Assembly: GCA_964016885.1 (NCBI GenBank)
Contig: OZ024740.1
Coordinates: 373,488,001 to 373,552,000, forward strand
DNA from: Eledone cirrhosa
Lineage: Eukaryota
DNA length: 64,000 nucleotides
Direction of reading: 5' to 3'
The notes beneath the pieces are model-generated. The model saw only the letters and a program-made list of their open reading frames with translations. It did not search any database and was not told where the DNA came from. A program made the translations under genes and the position numbers. This document shows, one piece after another, positions 25,499 through 39,632 of this stretch. Position 1 is the stretch's first letter. Each line of letters opens with the position of its first letter.

Positions 25499-26169
25499 TA
25501 GAGTGAGATATGGAGACGTTCGTTTTTAATTTTAAAACAACAATCATCGTCGGAAGAAATTTCAGAAATATAAACATCAGATTCATTTGAAGATAAATCA
25601 CTAATATTTTCGTTTGTTTCTTGTTTTAAAACACATACTGTTTTAACTTGTTTCACTATATTAAGTGTTAATTTTCGCGTTAAAGGCCTAATCTCGCAGC
25701 AGTCTCGAATTGACGAGAGTTTGAAGATGGTTTGTTTATTTTTAGAACAATCGTTAATTGACTTTCCATTCAAACCATTGGAACCTACAACCTTTACATT
25801 TAAAAAAAAATTCATAAGCCATGTTGATAGAAAAACAAATTTGTTGCACTTTCAAAGTTAAAAAAACACTTGTTGTTTTAAATTGTATAACTATATCAAG
25901 TGTTAATTTTCGCGATAAGGGCCTAATCTCGCAGCAGTCTCGAATTGACGAGATTTTGATGATGGTTTGTTTATTTTCAGAACAATCCTTATGGGACTTT
26001 CCATTAAAACCATTGGAACCTACAGCTTTTACATTTTTAAAGTAATTTCGTCCATATTTGAGGCAGGCATTATCTATGCTTCCAGCTTTATTCGTACACA
26101 TCAAACTTTTTTCACAATGAAGAAACATACTGAACAGGATTCTACCTGGATTTTCACGGATATATAAAT

Positions 26170-26680
26170 ATATTGATACTGTATGTGATCCACTGCATGC
26201 GGTCAACTATCCAGTTGAATTTCTAAATTCTTTAAAACCTCCTGGTTTACCACCTAATACATTGGTTCTGAAAGAAGGAACGCGAGTTATTTTGCTGAGA
26301 AATATAACTCCTCCAAAACTATGCAATGGTATACGCCTTGTGGTTAAAAAAGTGTATCCACTTAGTATTGACCCTACCATTCTATCCGGATGTGGAAAAG
26401 GCGAGGATGTGATAATAACAACAATTAGCCTGACTACAACAGGCGTGGATACTCACTTCTTCTTTCGCCGAACCCAATTTCCCCTTCGTGTTGCCTTTGC
26501 GATGTCCATAAACAAGTAGCATGGTCAAACTCTGCCAGTCACTGGAATTCACTTGGATGAACCTTGCTTTTCGCACGGACAATTCTGCGTTGCCTGCTCT
26601 CGAGTTGTCAGTCGAGATAATCTCTTTGCGTTTGTTTCGAAAAGAAAAACAAATAATATCGTCTATCCTGAAGTGCTTTA
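26170..26680 (+). pseudogene. PIF1-family (Helitron RepHel) helicase C-terminal remnant
   Basis: YPVEFLNSLKPPGLPP..LKEG..ILLRN..LCNG.RL..RRTQFPLRVAFAMSINK*HGQTL..FSHGQ..VACSRV..NIVYPEVL, with one in-frame stop. Confidence 0.92.
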
Positions 26681-28982
26681 GTGTTAACAAAAAAACTTAT
26701 TACAACTCTGCCTTGACTTCACCTTCCCCATTACAAATCATACCAATGAATATGTCATGCAGGATACTGTGGATTATAAGTTCAAAATGTAACCATACAG
26801 AGCAAAGGATGCTCTCAATTAATAGAGTTTCTCTTATTCTACTCTTATTGTTTTTTTTGTTTGTATACAACTCTGCTTTCATTACAACTTTTTCTACTTT
26901 AGCAAAACTGTCTGTTTTTTTTACAGATTTGCAACGTGTATTGTCTTTAATCATTTGTATAACTACATCCTGTTCAGTGTTTTCCTTCATTATCAACATA
27001 GTTTTATGTGTACAAAATTGCACTAAATATTCGTTTGCATTAATTATTGAAAACTTCTGCTTATTTTGACAGGTTAGGATAAATAATGTTCTTCTTTTAC
27101 TTCTAGCTGTATAGTCATAGCATCATTTCAAACTCCGAGCAAAGCCGGGTAAATCTGCTATTACATTTAGAAAAGCGAGGATGTGTGTGTGTCTGTGGAC
27201 ACACTTGGACACCTAAGGCTTTTACAATTCCCAACCGAATTTGACCAAATTTTCTGTGCACGTTCCGCCAAATCGACCCACGTTGACCAATTAAAAATAG
27301 ATAGCAAAATTATTTTTTCTAAAGTGCATGATGTAAGGGATATAACAATGAAGACACAATCTTATAGGATTGTCCATGCAAATTAAAAGTTGCAATTACT
27401 TTTACATTTTTCGAGCTTTTTTTACCAAATGTGAAGCAGGCATTGCATATGCCGTCGAGGTAATACAAGAAGATTATTTTTTCTAAAGTGTATGCTGTAA
27501 GGGAGAAATCAATCTAAAAAAAATCCTTACGGGACTTTCCATTCAAACCGTTGGGACCTACAACTTTTATATTTTTAAAGTAATTTCGTCCACATTTGAG
27601 GCAGGCATTATCTATGCTTCCAGGATATTGTGTATTTATTAAAAAAAGCTATTATTACAATGAAGAAATCAGATAAAACAAAATGATTCTTCATTATCAG
27701 CATAGTTTTATGTGTACAAAGATTGCACTAAATATTCGTTTGCATTAATTATTGAAGACTTCTGGTTATGTTGACAGGTTGAGGACAAATAATGTTCTCC
27801 TTTTACTTCCTAGCTGTATAATCTTAGCATAAGTTCAAACCCCGGGCAACGCCGGGTAAATCTGCTAGTATTATCTATAAAATTATATAATTCATTTTAA
27901 TTAAATAACCTTTGATTTATTATATAATGCACCGTAACCTCACAGTCTTGCGTATGTCTATCTAATAAATATATTTACAAAAATATTGACTAGGACCAAT
28001 TATTTTTACATATATTTAGTAAAGTATATGGTCTCATAAATCAAATAAATGATAAATGATTATGTACTTGGTTAATATATGATGAACTTTGTAATTTGCA
28101 TAACCATGAGCAAATTATCAATGTCTAATGTAGAGAACCATATTTACACATTAGAATAATCTTAAATTCAATTTTACGTTTCAAACATTAGATATGTTTA
28201 GATACGTTTGATGCATGATAATATACTTTTCTTACGTAATAGATAAAATATAAACATATATTAATTACAATATTGCTTTCCATAAGTTTCAAATAAATAG
28301 ACCACTTGACGATGAGGTGGCATACAATATTAAATGTTGATCCATATGAGACACGCTCTAGTAAGTCTGTGACTAAAATGCTTCAGAAACGAGGCATCTT
28401 CTATCTATAATTATATAACCTAATAAATTTTAAAGGAAAGATGCTTTGTGTGGATTGATTCAAATGTGTCTTTCATTTATATTGGGTTAAGAGATGATGA
28501 TACCTCATTGAGACGTAAATACTCAGACTTCGTGATGAGTCGTCTGTGTAAGTTAGTATAGTGAATTTGATGATATTATTCCCTAACAATTTATCCAAAT
28601 AGATATTTGGTTACATTTATTTCTGGGGTCATTATACCGTGTTTTAAAATGATATTATATAAGACAAAGTTTTCTAATACTTCCTATGATCATGTAGCGT
28701 CTCCCCGGAGCATATATTGGCTATCATGAACGAAGTTTTATTAATCAAGTATATTTCATAATACTAGATTAAAATAGTCATCAAAAGCTATTACAGTTGG
28801 TGGCACTCATCTATTAACATAAAACAAATAATATTACGACGATAGTCGCAAAATTTTAATTGAGCTAAGAAACATTTAGTGCTTGCTGGTAAATTATCAT
28901 TATTTAGGTAACATACCAATTTAATGAATTCCAGATGTATCACATAATATCATGTCCTAATACCTGTCATAAATCCACAGAA

Positions 28983-29160
28983 ATTATGGTTTCTGCTTTA
29001 AGCACAGATCCAACAGTTTTAGGAGAGAGGAAAGTCGACTAAATCGACGCCAGTGAATTAATGATGCTTTATCGACCACGTATGGAAGAAAGGCAAAGCT
29101 AACCTCATCAAGATTTCAACTTTTATCGTAAAGGGTCGCGACTCTATGCTTCAAATCATA
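28983..29160 (-). mobile_element. SINE, diverged copy
   Basis: TTTATCGACC..GAAAGGCAAAGCTAACCTC is the reverse complement of the SINE central domain. Confidence 0.7.
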
Positions 29161-29609
29161 GAAATAATAATGATTTAAACGATTTTCGAAAATTTAATTT
29201 TAAATTTATCTTAAGCACTCTATACTACCATTCATGTAACTATAAAACAATGAATGTTTTTGCACGTTATTACAAGTTAAATATCATAGTGTTGATTTAC
29301 CTTCCATTTACAGGAAAAATGAATACATATCGAGTAATCGCTTAAATGCTTAATACTATATCGATGTTTCGTATTCGTTTTATTTTATTAGATGCAGCTT
29401 AAATGTATTATGCAGAGGATGAAATCTTCGCTGTGATCCTTATGACTGTACTGCCCACCAAAACAACAGAAGAGACAGACATCACATTTTCTAGTAACCT
29501 GTATTTATCTTTATAAGAGTAAAGATATGTGTGCTCTATGATTAGGGATACTATGACTCCCAGGTAAAGTGTAATTCTGTATATTACGGTTTCTGATTTA
29601 GACACGTAT

Positions 29610-29965
29610 ATTGAATTGACCCCAATATGTTTTTGGTATTTCATTTTATCAACCCCGTAATGATTAAAAGCAAATCTAACATCAGCGACATTTGGACTCA
29701 GAACGTAAAAGTCCTTAACTTTATGTCACAAATCATGTCCGACGCTCTAACACAACGACCAACTTACCACTGTGTATATAATATTTTCTGATTTAGTCAC
29801 AAAGACAATACTGGCGAAAGGGGAACGTCTATAAAATCAACTCCAGTGTGCTCCCGGTATTTATTTTATCGTCCCCTTAATGATGAAAGGGAAATCTAAT
29901 CCCCGTGAGATTTGAACTCAGATCGTTAATGGCCGTAACGTTCTACCGATACTCCCAACCTACTG
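29610..29965 (-). mobile_element. Two diverged SINE copies in tandem
   Basis: Two reverse-complement central domains plus B boxes (TTTGGACTCAG, TTTGAACTCAG). Confidence 0.7.
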
Positions 29966-31244
29966 CACTGCTTTTAAGACAACAAGGTTTTATTTAGTAA
30001 ACACGTATTTAATATAGCAATATCGGGAGTGCTACGTCAACATCACAATAATCATCTTTCATGAATTAATTCTTCTCTTGTCAACGAGAACATTTCTAAT
30101 TTGCATTTCATCCTTCTAAAAATAGGCTGAAAAGCGAGATGAAATAGGTTATATGTTTTTTTATTATAATTTTATTTGGTTTATGTTTCGCATTTCTGAG
30201 TTTGTGAATGTACTTGAAGGAATACTTTTTTGACAGGTGATTTCGTGGACATTGCTAGCATATTTTGCTGAATGTTTGAAATGATCCATATTATACAACA
30301 GTAAGTCGTTTTGCTCAATTCAATCTGGGTTGATTGGTTACGATGGCTATTTTGAAGTTGAATGTGTGTAAAGCATATTCTTTCAAAGTTTGGGGTTTCT
30401 ACTTCATAATTTTGGAATACTTTTATTGTAGTGCCAGCTGATATGTTCTTAATTTGTCTAATATATATAATCCTGCAATATTGTTGGCTTCGCTGGAAAC
30501 TTAAATATATATATGTAAATATGTATATACAGGGATACAGTAAATGAGAAAAAGAATGAAAGATTACATAGCTATATATTTAAATGTCCTACGTCGTTGA
30601 AACATGATAAAATTATTCTTCAACTACCAAAATGAAAAAGAGGAAAATTACCTATTCTTTATTCGGTGCGAATAACACAATACAATTGTCTCTTGAATGC
30701 ATATGAAAAGTGGAACCATGTGGATGTACGACTAAATCTAGGCATGTATTTTAATTTGAAAAGCTATTCTTTAAAAATCGATCGTTATATAATTATTTTG
30801 CAGAAATGTCTGATCTTATGTTTCAAAATTCATTCATATTAAACACATAAACTGTACAAATGAAAACATGAAACTATGAATCAGCCACCATGGAATCTGT
30901 AAAAACAAAACAAATCAAGTAAATGATCAAAAAGAACAGCATAAATTCTCATATGTATCCTTACTATATAAAAGTGCATGTGTGTAATGGAAAAACGTGA
31001 GTCGAATCATTGATCAGGCACTGCAAGTTGTCTTTCAGTAGGACTAGTTATTTCACCATGCATGTTCATTCACCTGGAACGAGTGGCACTTGTAATTCAA
31101 TCTTCCTGCGTATTGCATATATGATGCACATGTCAGTGGATAGATCAACCAAACAGCTCCGTTAATTGAAACAATATGACTAGTCACTCTCGGAAAGAAC
31201 TCCAGATATTCCACATGGATATATATATATATATATATATATAT

Positions 31245-31439
31245 AACGAAGGAAATGTGGTAAGGAACCAGGTGGACCATAACGCACCAAAGTACTCAAT
31301 ACTTGAGGTAGTAGAGTGGGTAATAGGAACCAGTAAGACCCCGACAGCTGAGCTCAAACCGTTTCGACGGCTAATTCTGTACTAGTCCAGAATTAGCCGT
31401 CGAAACGGCTTGAGCTCAGCTGTCGGGGTCTTACTGGTT

Positions 31440-31443
<4 letters not shown>
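31245..31443. mobile_element. Short palindromic (TA)n-embedded repeat family, copy 2
   Basis: 120-bp palindrome 31324-31443 centred on ACTAGT, plus a one-sided extension matching 11309. Confidence 0.85.
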
Positions 31444-31483
<40 letters not shown>

Positions 31484-31487
<4 letters not shown>

Positions 31488-32010
31488 TATGTATGTATGT
31501 ATACGTACATACATATATGTATACAAACGTACAGTAGTATGTATATATATACATACATGCACACATATATATATGCACTCATCGGTTTACCGAACATTTA
31601 TTATAATGCTCGGTTTGTTTGTTTGTAAACAAACAAACAGCCCGGCCGACTGAACTCACTTGATATGCAAATTAGGCTGCTCTGCCGATAATATGCATAA
31701 GGAAAGTATATACTTTCAGACGTTCAACCATCTGGCAGGAGGGTATACGATGCTGACGATAGCTAATAAGCTTGAAACTAGTACATCGTTTCTGTGTCAG
31801 TGTTGAACAAAAAGGTGACATGGTTGCCTAAACACTGTACGGCGTAATTCGGACTGTTTGTTTGTTTACAAACAAACAAACCTAGCATTATAATAAATGT
31901 TCTGTAAACCGATACGTGCATATATATATGTGTGCATGTATGTATATATAAACATACTACTGTACGTATGTATACATATATGTATGTACGTATGCATACA
32001 TACATACTTA
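31484..32010. mobile_element. Fold-back element: ~160-bp inverted arms enclosing a hammerhead
   Basis: 31484-31644 is inverted relative to 31850-32010. Confidence 0.8.
31747..31789 (+). ncRNA. Minimal type I hammerhead ribozyme
   Basis: ACGATG-CTGACGA-TAGCTAATAAGCTT-GAAA-CTAG-TA-CATCGT; 6-bp stem I, AGCT/AGCT stem II, palindromic CTAG, GUA triplet. Confidence 0.85.
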
Positions 32011-32104
32011 CATTTAAGTAAGTGCCGTACTAAGAGTGAGAAATGAAATTTCGTTTCATTCTATTCCATTTATATATATATATATATATATATGAAACAG
32101 TTTA

Positions 32105-32288
32105 CCCTTGACGGCACAACTCAAGCCGTTTCGACGGCTATTTCTGGACTCAGTCCAGAAATAGCCGTCGAAACGGCTTGAGCTCTGCTGTCGGGATTAA
32201 ACTTGTTCCTATTACCCACTCTACTCCCCTAAGTATTGAGTAATCTGGAGAGTTATGGTCCATCTGGTTCATTACCACACCTCCTTCG

Positions 32289-32290
<2 letters not shown>
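32105..32290. mobile_element. Short palindromic (TA)n-embedded repeat family, copy 3 (reverse orientation)
   Basis: Palindrome centred at 32151 (GGACT-C-AGTCC); the extension ends CTCCTTCGTT then (AT)n. Confidence 0.85.
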
Positions 32291-32369
<79 letters not shown>

Positions 32370-32835
32370 TATGTACACACAAATATTCACACAAGAAAAC
32401 ATTCCGTGTCTTCTCAGTATTGCATGGGTATATAAAATCCATAGGTGAGACTTGTGCATACCACCAATTCATATTTGATTGTGTGTAATGGCTGTATTAC
32501 ATTTCTGTGAATGCACGTTGTTCAATGATTTGTTTATTCGCCTCACAAGCTCCGTTTACGGCAGTCCGTTGTATACTCGAGCAAAGCAATTTCTTCCACG
32601 TTCTCTTGTCTACTCAGCTAGCAAAACGGCGTTGTAGTTCGTAAGTCATTCGGCCAGGCATGACTCACAGGATGTCAAGCTGAATATCCTTGTGAAATAC
32701 GTGAAGGACACGCGTTAATCTCAAAAATAGGAAATCACCTGGACCACTGGTTTGGTAGATCACCTTGAACACTCTTTTTCGTAACCGATGAAGTTGCAAT
32801 AGCAACAACGATAACAGATATCCTCAATAAGTAAA

Positions 32836-33005
32836 TAATTGTTTCTGCTTTTGGCACCAGGCCAGCAATTACTTTAATTTATCGACCCCGTAAGGATTAA
32901 AAGCAAAGTTAACCTCGGCATGATTTGAAGTCAGACCGTAAAGGGTCGTAACTCTGTGTAGCAAAGCATGGCGTCCGACCCTCTACCGATACTGCCAATC
33001 CAATG
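32836..33005 (-). mobile_element. tRNA-derived SINE
   Basis: Reverse complement of the family from tail to head, with an internal deletion. Confidence 0.85.
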
Positions 33006-33440
33006 CTGGAACATATATGAAGAAAGTTAACGTTCATTCCAATATAGTAATATTTTATATATGCGTGTGTGCACAGGTTTTGGTCTGTAAGCGCGCTCTA
33101 TTTTTTCTGAGTGTGGGTGTGGGTGCCGACAAACGAAGAAGATATACGCGCACAGGCATACACATATATGTGTGGATATATGTACGTCTATAAAGTGTAA
33201 TTTAGTGAAACTCTTTGGTTAATAGCCTAGGTCAATTTAATCGATAGCCAACTAACATCTGTTGTCTAGTGTCACAACATACACGATCCAGCTACTGTAC
33301 AATAAGCTGAGCGAGGATTATGAAAAAAGAGCTAAATAAAAAGAAAATGTCTGGTTCTCTTTTATGATACTTTATCGGAAAGCGTGTTTAGTGATGCACA
33401 AATTGTTTGTATGTGTGCACACACGCATCCCCCCCCCCCA

Positions 33441-33503
<63 letters not shown>

Positions 33504-33739
33504 GTGTGTTTATGTATGCGTGTGTTTGTGAGTCCGCCCGTGTGTGTGTGTATCATATCATATTTTAGTTATATATGTGAATATGTAATTGTATGTCTGT
33601 ATCTTTGCTTATGTTTGGGAATCTATGTATATTATAGAAAATTCGAGATATAACATCTGCAGTGAATTACACAGCTTCTTTATTCCCCTAGGAAACAATA
33701 TCGACAAAGAACTTTGCTACTATTACAATTACAATACAT

Positions 33740-33840
33740 ATCTACTACTACTACCATTACCACTATCACTGCCACTACTATTACCACCAAATCCACCACC
33801 ACCACGAATACTACTACTACTGATGCTGCTGCTGATGCTG

Positions 33841-33871
<31 letters not shown>

Positions 33872-33875
33872 ACCA

Positions 33876-33931
<56 letters not shown>

Positions 33932-34015
33932 TACTGCGGCTCCTGCTGCTGCTGCTGCTGCTGCTGCAAAACAGTCGTTGAAGGTGTTTATGATGATGAT
34001 GATGATGTTGATGAT
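33740..34015. repeat. Compound trinucleotide microsatellite (CTA)n/(CTG)n/(ATG)n
   Basis: Direct inspection; explains the poly-L and poly-T ORFs. Confidence 0.9.
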
Positions 34016-35248
34016 ATTGAGCTTACTATTATTATGATTATTACTAAATAAAAAAAAATATTACTTATAATAATTGTTTCTACATTTCTGCAAGGATTGC
34101 AGTTTGAAGGGATCGGAAACGTCGATTAAGTCGACCCCAGGATTTTAGTGGTACTTTATGTTATCGATCCTGAAATGATGAAAAGCAAAGTTGGCCTAGA
34201 CCTCGGAATGTATATAACCAGAACAAATATCAGACGCAAAACCAGAATAAATAGGAGATAGTACAATGCAAAATATATGAGAAAACCACAAACTTTGGAG
34301 GATTTAATTCAAGTAAATAAAATGTTAAGTTTAGCAGAAAGTATAAGCCATCAATAAATAGTTAATAATAGATAGGCAAAGGAATAACAATTATAGATTA
34401 ACGCAATAAAATATCTCCGTCATAGGGGGAAACACAATGTGTAAATCTAAGCAAAGCACTCCCTGACGCTGGATTCCCCTGACATAAGCACTCCCTAACG
34501 CTGGATTCCCCTGTCTTTTTCCTCCCGAAGTATTACACGAAACAAACCATAGAATTTATTTCACTAAATCAACCAGAAGAGACGTCGGTGTTAAGTTCTT
34601 CTCAGTAGACTTGACTGGCGGTCCGATCTGTCTCGCAAGTGATAGTAGCCGTTAAATATAAATCCACTAATCACATTTCAACGGAACTGGGTGAGTTCAC
34701 GGTGAGCTCAGGGTTGGAAGTTGTGCAAGAAAAACAACAACAGAAAAAACAAGAAACCAAATAGAATATGGATTAAATTCTATTCACAATAAACAACAAT
34801 TTTTAAAATCCTTTTCGTTTGCTAATTATTGAACAGTTTAAAGCACACATGTCGATAGTCCGATAGTCAAGGAGATATGTGAAATGTGTCGGAGATGTAA
34901 TTTTAAAAGGATATAATCATATATGTTATTGTCATTCGATTAGATTTTGAGGTAATATCCACATAAATAATTCGCTTCAACGTATATGTTTATATATTGT
35001 TATTCATGTGGTGGAAACTATTTTAAGTCATACGATTAGGATAGGTCTATTATATAGTTTCTTAAAATACATCATATCACCTTAATATATTATCTGTATT
35101 TATAATAGCGCAAATAAAGGTAATCAAAATGAAATCTAAAGGCAATCAAATGAGTGTCGTGTATTTTATATATCAAAGGGAAGTTTTTACTTCAGATAAT
35201 TTAGAAAACAGTGTAATATTTCTATTTAATATCAAATATATATATCTG

Positions 35249-35282
<34 letters not shown>

Positions 35283-35332
35283 AAGAGAGAGAGAGAGAGA
35301 GAGGGGAAGAGGGAGGGAGAGAGAGAGCGAGG

Positions 35333-35398
<66 letters not shown>

Positions 35399-35691
35399 TA
35401 CATATATACATATATAGCATATATGTATGAAAATATTTAGGACAACGACGGCTGAGCTCCGGCCGTTACAGCTTGATGTTTGTTGTTTTTCTTATTTTTC
35501 ACGGGGAGTGGTCAATGATTTAGGATGTGTATATAGTTTATTACCTTCATATATATTTATAAACACATACACATATACACTTATATGTACAACCACACAC
35601 ATATATATATATATATATAGTCATACACACACATACATACAGACCCACACTGACATACACACGCACACGCGCACAAACACACACACATACG

Positions 35692-35794
<103 letters not shown>

Positions 35795-37145
35795 AAAAAT
35801 GGGTGACTGATCAAAAAAATACTTTGTGTACTCACCTAGTTAATGTATAGCGTCTGAAACTACTCGTAATTATTTCTTTCTATATACATTTTCTTTTCTG
35901 CAGCATACTTTGTATATTTTATCTTCAATATATTAATCCCTCCGCTGGGACTTTATCGAATATTCCACCAGATGGTTATCGATTTTTTCTTCTTGCGCTC
36001 GTTGTTATACATACGTTTCTATTGTTAAAGATTTTTTTTTTCCTAAAATATGTTTTGATACGTAGAAAATTATAATTTCACAAATATATTTATGTCAATT
36101 TGATTTTTATACAGCTGTCACCTATTACTTGCAGACATGTATATGAATATAAAATCCAGAAAAAGCGCGAAGAGTAATACAACTTAATATATACTAGTCC
36201 CAAGTCATTTGTTGTAGAAAAGGTCAATTCAATCTCTCATCAGTACTCATATTTATGATATCAATCAGAGTATACTAGATTTTATATGTGTGAGCTTGTG
36301 TCTGTTTTCATGGGTATGTGTGTGTATGCATTTTTGAGTGTGTTTATACGTGTGTGTGTGGTGATGGCAATATATATATTGTGTTAATTATTCGCCCAGT
36401 GTTTTCTTATGTAATATATGTTTGATAAGTTCTCGCTAGTTGTAAATATTCATACACCATGTGAAGAGATATTTGCGATATCATATGTAGACCTTCGTAT
36501 TTAAACAGTGTCAGCGTTCTGTACAACACAATCAGGTATAAGAACTGAAAAAGGATTTTTGAAATAGTAACAAATCTGCGAAATATAGAAAAGGTGCAGT
36601 TAATAATATCGACACTATTCAGATTGATTTGATTATGTATCATACAGTGTCTATAACATACAGACACTCATATGATAGCCGATACTACCGATTCTATAAT
36701 CGCACTCATTTACTGATAAAAATGTTCTCAATATTTATTGTGAATCTATGTGAATGAGAAAACATTACAGAGCAATGCAGTACTATCTCATATATTTGGA
36801 TTATTTCATCAATTGAAATATTATTGAATTAGGAATGTAGAAATGAAATGCCAAATTTTAACAAACACTAAATGTATTTTAAATTAAAAAGCAAATATCA
36901 CCTAGCAAATACGCTGTGCTAGATTTGTTTGGCACAGAGGAATTTAATGTCACCATTCCTAACTTATCTCATTCTACAGATATCTATAGCGATCTATATT
37001 ACTTTCTATCTAGATGTTTATCTATCTGTATAACTGCCTTACGCGCTCTATTCAGACAAACATACAAACGAGATGTAAAATTCGATTGATATATTACCAG
37101 TCGGACTTGTTATTCACTTCACCGACCAATACACATACGATTTTA

Positions 37146-37220
37146 TGTTTGTCTGAAGAGGACTCGTAAGGCAGCGATTATATAACTACCTTTCATCCTC
37201 GAAATGCGTTTAACGAATAA
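37146..37220 (+). ncRNA. Degenerate type I hammerhead
   Basis: TGTTTGT-CTGAAGA-GGA..TCCTC-GAAA-TGCGTT-TA-ACGAATA; stem II register is imperfect; microsatellite ~100 nt downstream. Confidence 0.5.
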
Positions 37221-37326
37221 ATTAGGGATGTACGAATAAAACCATAAAACCGTCTCTCTTATCTATTGTAAATAAAACTCCGGATGAATAAAACCAATAT
37301 TTAATCAACCAGCTTTCTTCATATCT

Positions 37327-37426
<100 letters not shown>

Positions 37427-37497
37427 GCATACATACATACATATGTATATAGGTCTGTTCAGCTCTGTATCTATATCTAAATCATACACTCTTTCCT

Positions 37498-37540
<43 letters not shown>

Positions 37541-37838
37541 GTATTAAGGATACTATTTATGGTTATGTATATACTAAAACCTGTTATAGTTATATATATT
37601 TTAAACCCTAAATAGTGAAAGACAGTAATTCATTACTATCTTATTACTATTTTATTTCATTTTATTTTATTTTATTTTAATTTTAATTTTAACTTTAATT
37701 TTGTCCTCTAATATGAATGTAATCTTTGTATGTAAATTGCCATGCTATATTATTATGATGGATGTCAATATATACGTATGTTTCTATATGTCTCTCGTGT
37801 TGAATAGGAGGTCAAGTATGTAAAAAATCACTAAATAA

Positions 37839-37887
37839 TTGCTCCGAAGAATCCAAACCTCGATTTGGAGGAAACAATTGTAAGCAA
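37839..37887 (+). ncRNA. Minimal type I hammerhead (core variant CCGAAGA)
   Basis: TTGCT-CCGAAGA-ATCCAAACCTCGATTTGGAG-GAAA-CAATTG-TA-AGCAA, followed by AATAAA and (CT)n(TA)n. Confidence 0.7.
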
Positions 37888-37920
37888 ATAAATGATTTAA
37901 ACTGAACTTTGATTCATGTA

Positions 37921-38073
<153 letters not shown>

Positions 38074-39135
38074 AACATTCACTTACCTAACCCTTTATCT
38101 GTCTATCTCACTGTATTTCTGTACGAATCTGGTTAAAAATGTATCTACTTCTGAACAGGAAAATATATAGAATCAAAGCAGAAATCGTAACAGAGATTTT
38201 AAATTGGATCGATTGTTCGATAGCCGCATAATTCGATATACAGATATATATGCCGATCGATAGATAGATGAAATGGATATATAGGTAGAGCAAAGTTATC
38301 CGGATTTAGTGCATATTTCATTATGATTAATTTATATGAGTAATGAATCATTGTGATACATTTAGATGAACGCACAATGAAATAGAGTGATGGCATGTGA
38401 TGCAACATTATGAGGGAAATCGAGGATTCAAGAATACTACATAAATGTTTCAATTAATGAAATATCAATTTGAATATATATACTGAAGCCTCTCGTATGT
38501 TTATAAAGAATACACATAACAACTTCACAATCTATGCAAATGAGCACCTCCAGCTGCTGTTTCTTACGCTAAAAGCATATAGGCTTAAGCGTATAATTGT
38601 CAGAGTACCGAATCAGTAAATATTATTGAGGACGTGTAGAAATCCAGAAACAGCTATCTGGTATTAACACGGCACGTGACACTATGACATGATCAGCGTT
38701 TAAAATAATAGTCTTAGCAAGACTCTCGTTTGCGTATAATACATATCGCATATGCATTTATATAAAATTTTATTGCGAACTGCGATACGTTATTTCCACA
38801 ACATTTAGCGCATTGTCACTTTATTATCAAGTATTTAATAGCAACGGTGACGTGCAATATTCCAGAAATAGCTGTCTAGTATTGTCACCTATAGTGAGAT
38901 AGCAGTCACATGCCCACTGCTTAAATAATTCACAGCGAGACACTCCTAAGTTTATCATACATAAGTATATCGTATGTTCTCTCATATACATCACTGGTAT
39001 GATGGTCGCTATATTAGTGCCACTTCTTATATATACAACTGCCTTCTACAACTTTATTTAACCAACCTTCAATCACAATGTATTGATCCAGCCGAGGGTA
39101 TAATCTAAGCTGCTGTGAATGTTTGTGAAATCAAT

Positions 39136-39199
<64 letters not shown>

Positions 39200-39279
39200 A
39201 AAGGTAAACAGAAATAACAACACAATCGGTACAGTATATGGATGGTATGTATTAGGTTAACACTTGAAATAGCAGGAAG

Positions 39280-39388
<109 letters not shown>

Positions 39389-39448
39389 GCGTGCGTGTAT
39401 GTGTGTGTATGTGTGTGTGTGTGCGTATGTGTATGTGGGTGTGTATGT

Positions 39449-39540
<92 letters not shown>

Positions 39541-39632
39541 GTGTGTGTGTGTGTGCTGTACTTAAACGGTTTTGCTGGGATCGGTGAAACTGCAGTCGGG
39601 AATTTGAAGAATTATATATATATATATATATA

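Larger units (their letters stand above)
25102..27868 (+). mobile_element. Helitron, two non-autonomous units head-to-tail
   Basis: A|TC 5' end at 25102; subterminal hairpin CCCGGGCAACGCCGGG and CTAG|T end at 27865-27868; a second 3' end (..GCCGGGTAAATCTGCTAT, ~27161) is followed by a repeat of the 5' sequence; PIF1 remnant inside. Confidence 0.9.

Noticed and set aside
33589-34037. Poly-Leu signal-like and poly-Thr mucin-like ORFs
   Set aside because: Both come from the (CTA)n/(CTG)n microsatellite; no splice or domain support.
39560-39605. GAAA-CTGCAG-TC hammerhead-like 3' half between microsatellites
   Set aside because: No core box or stem I partner upstream.
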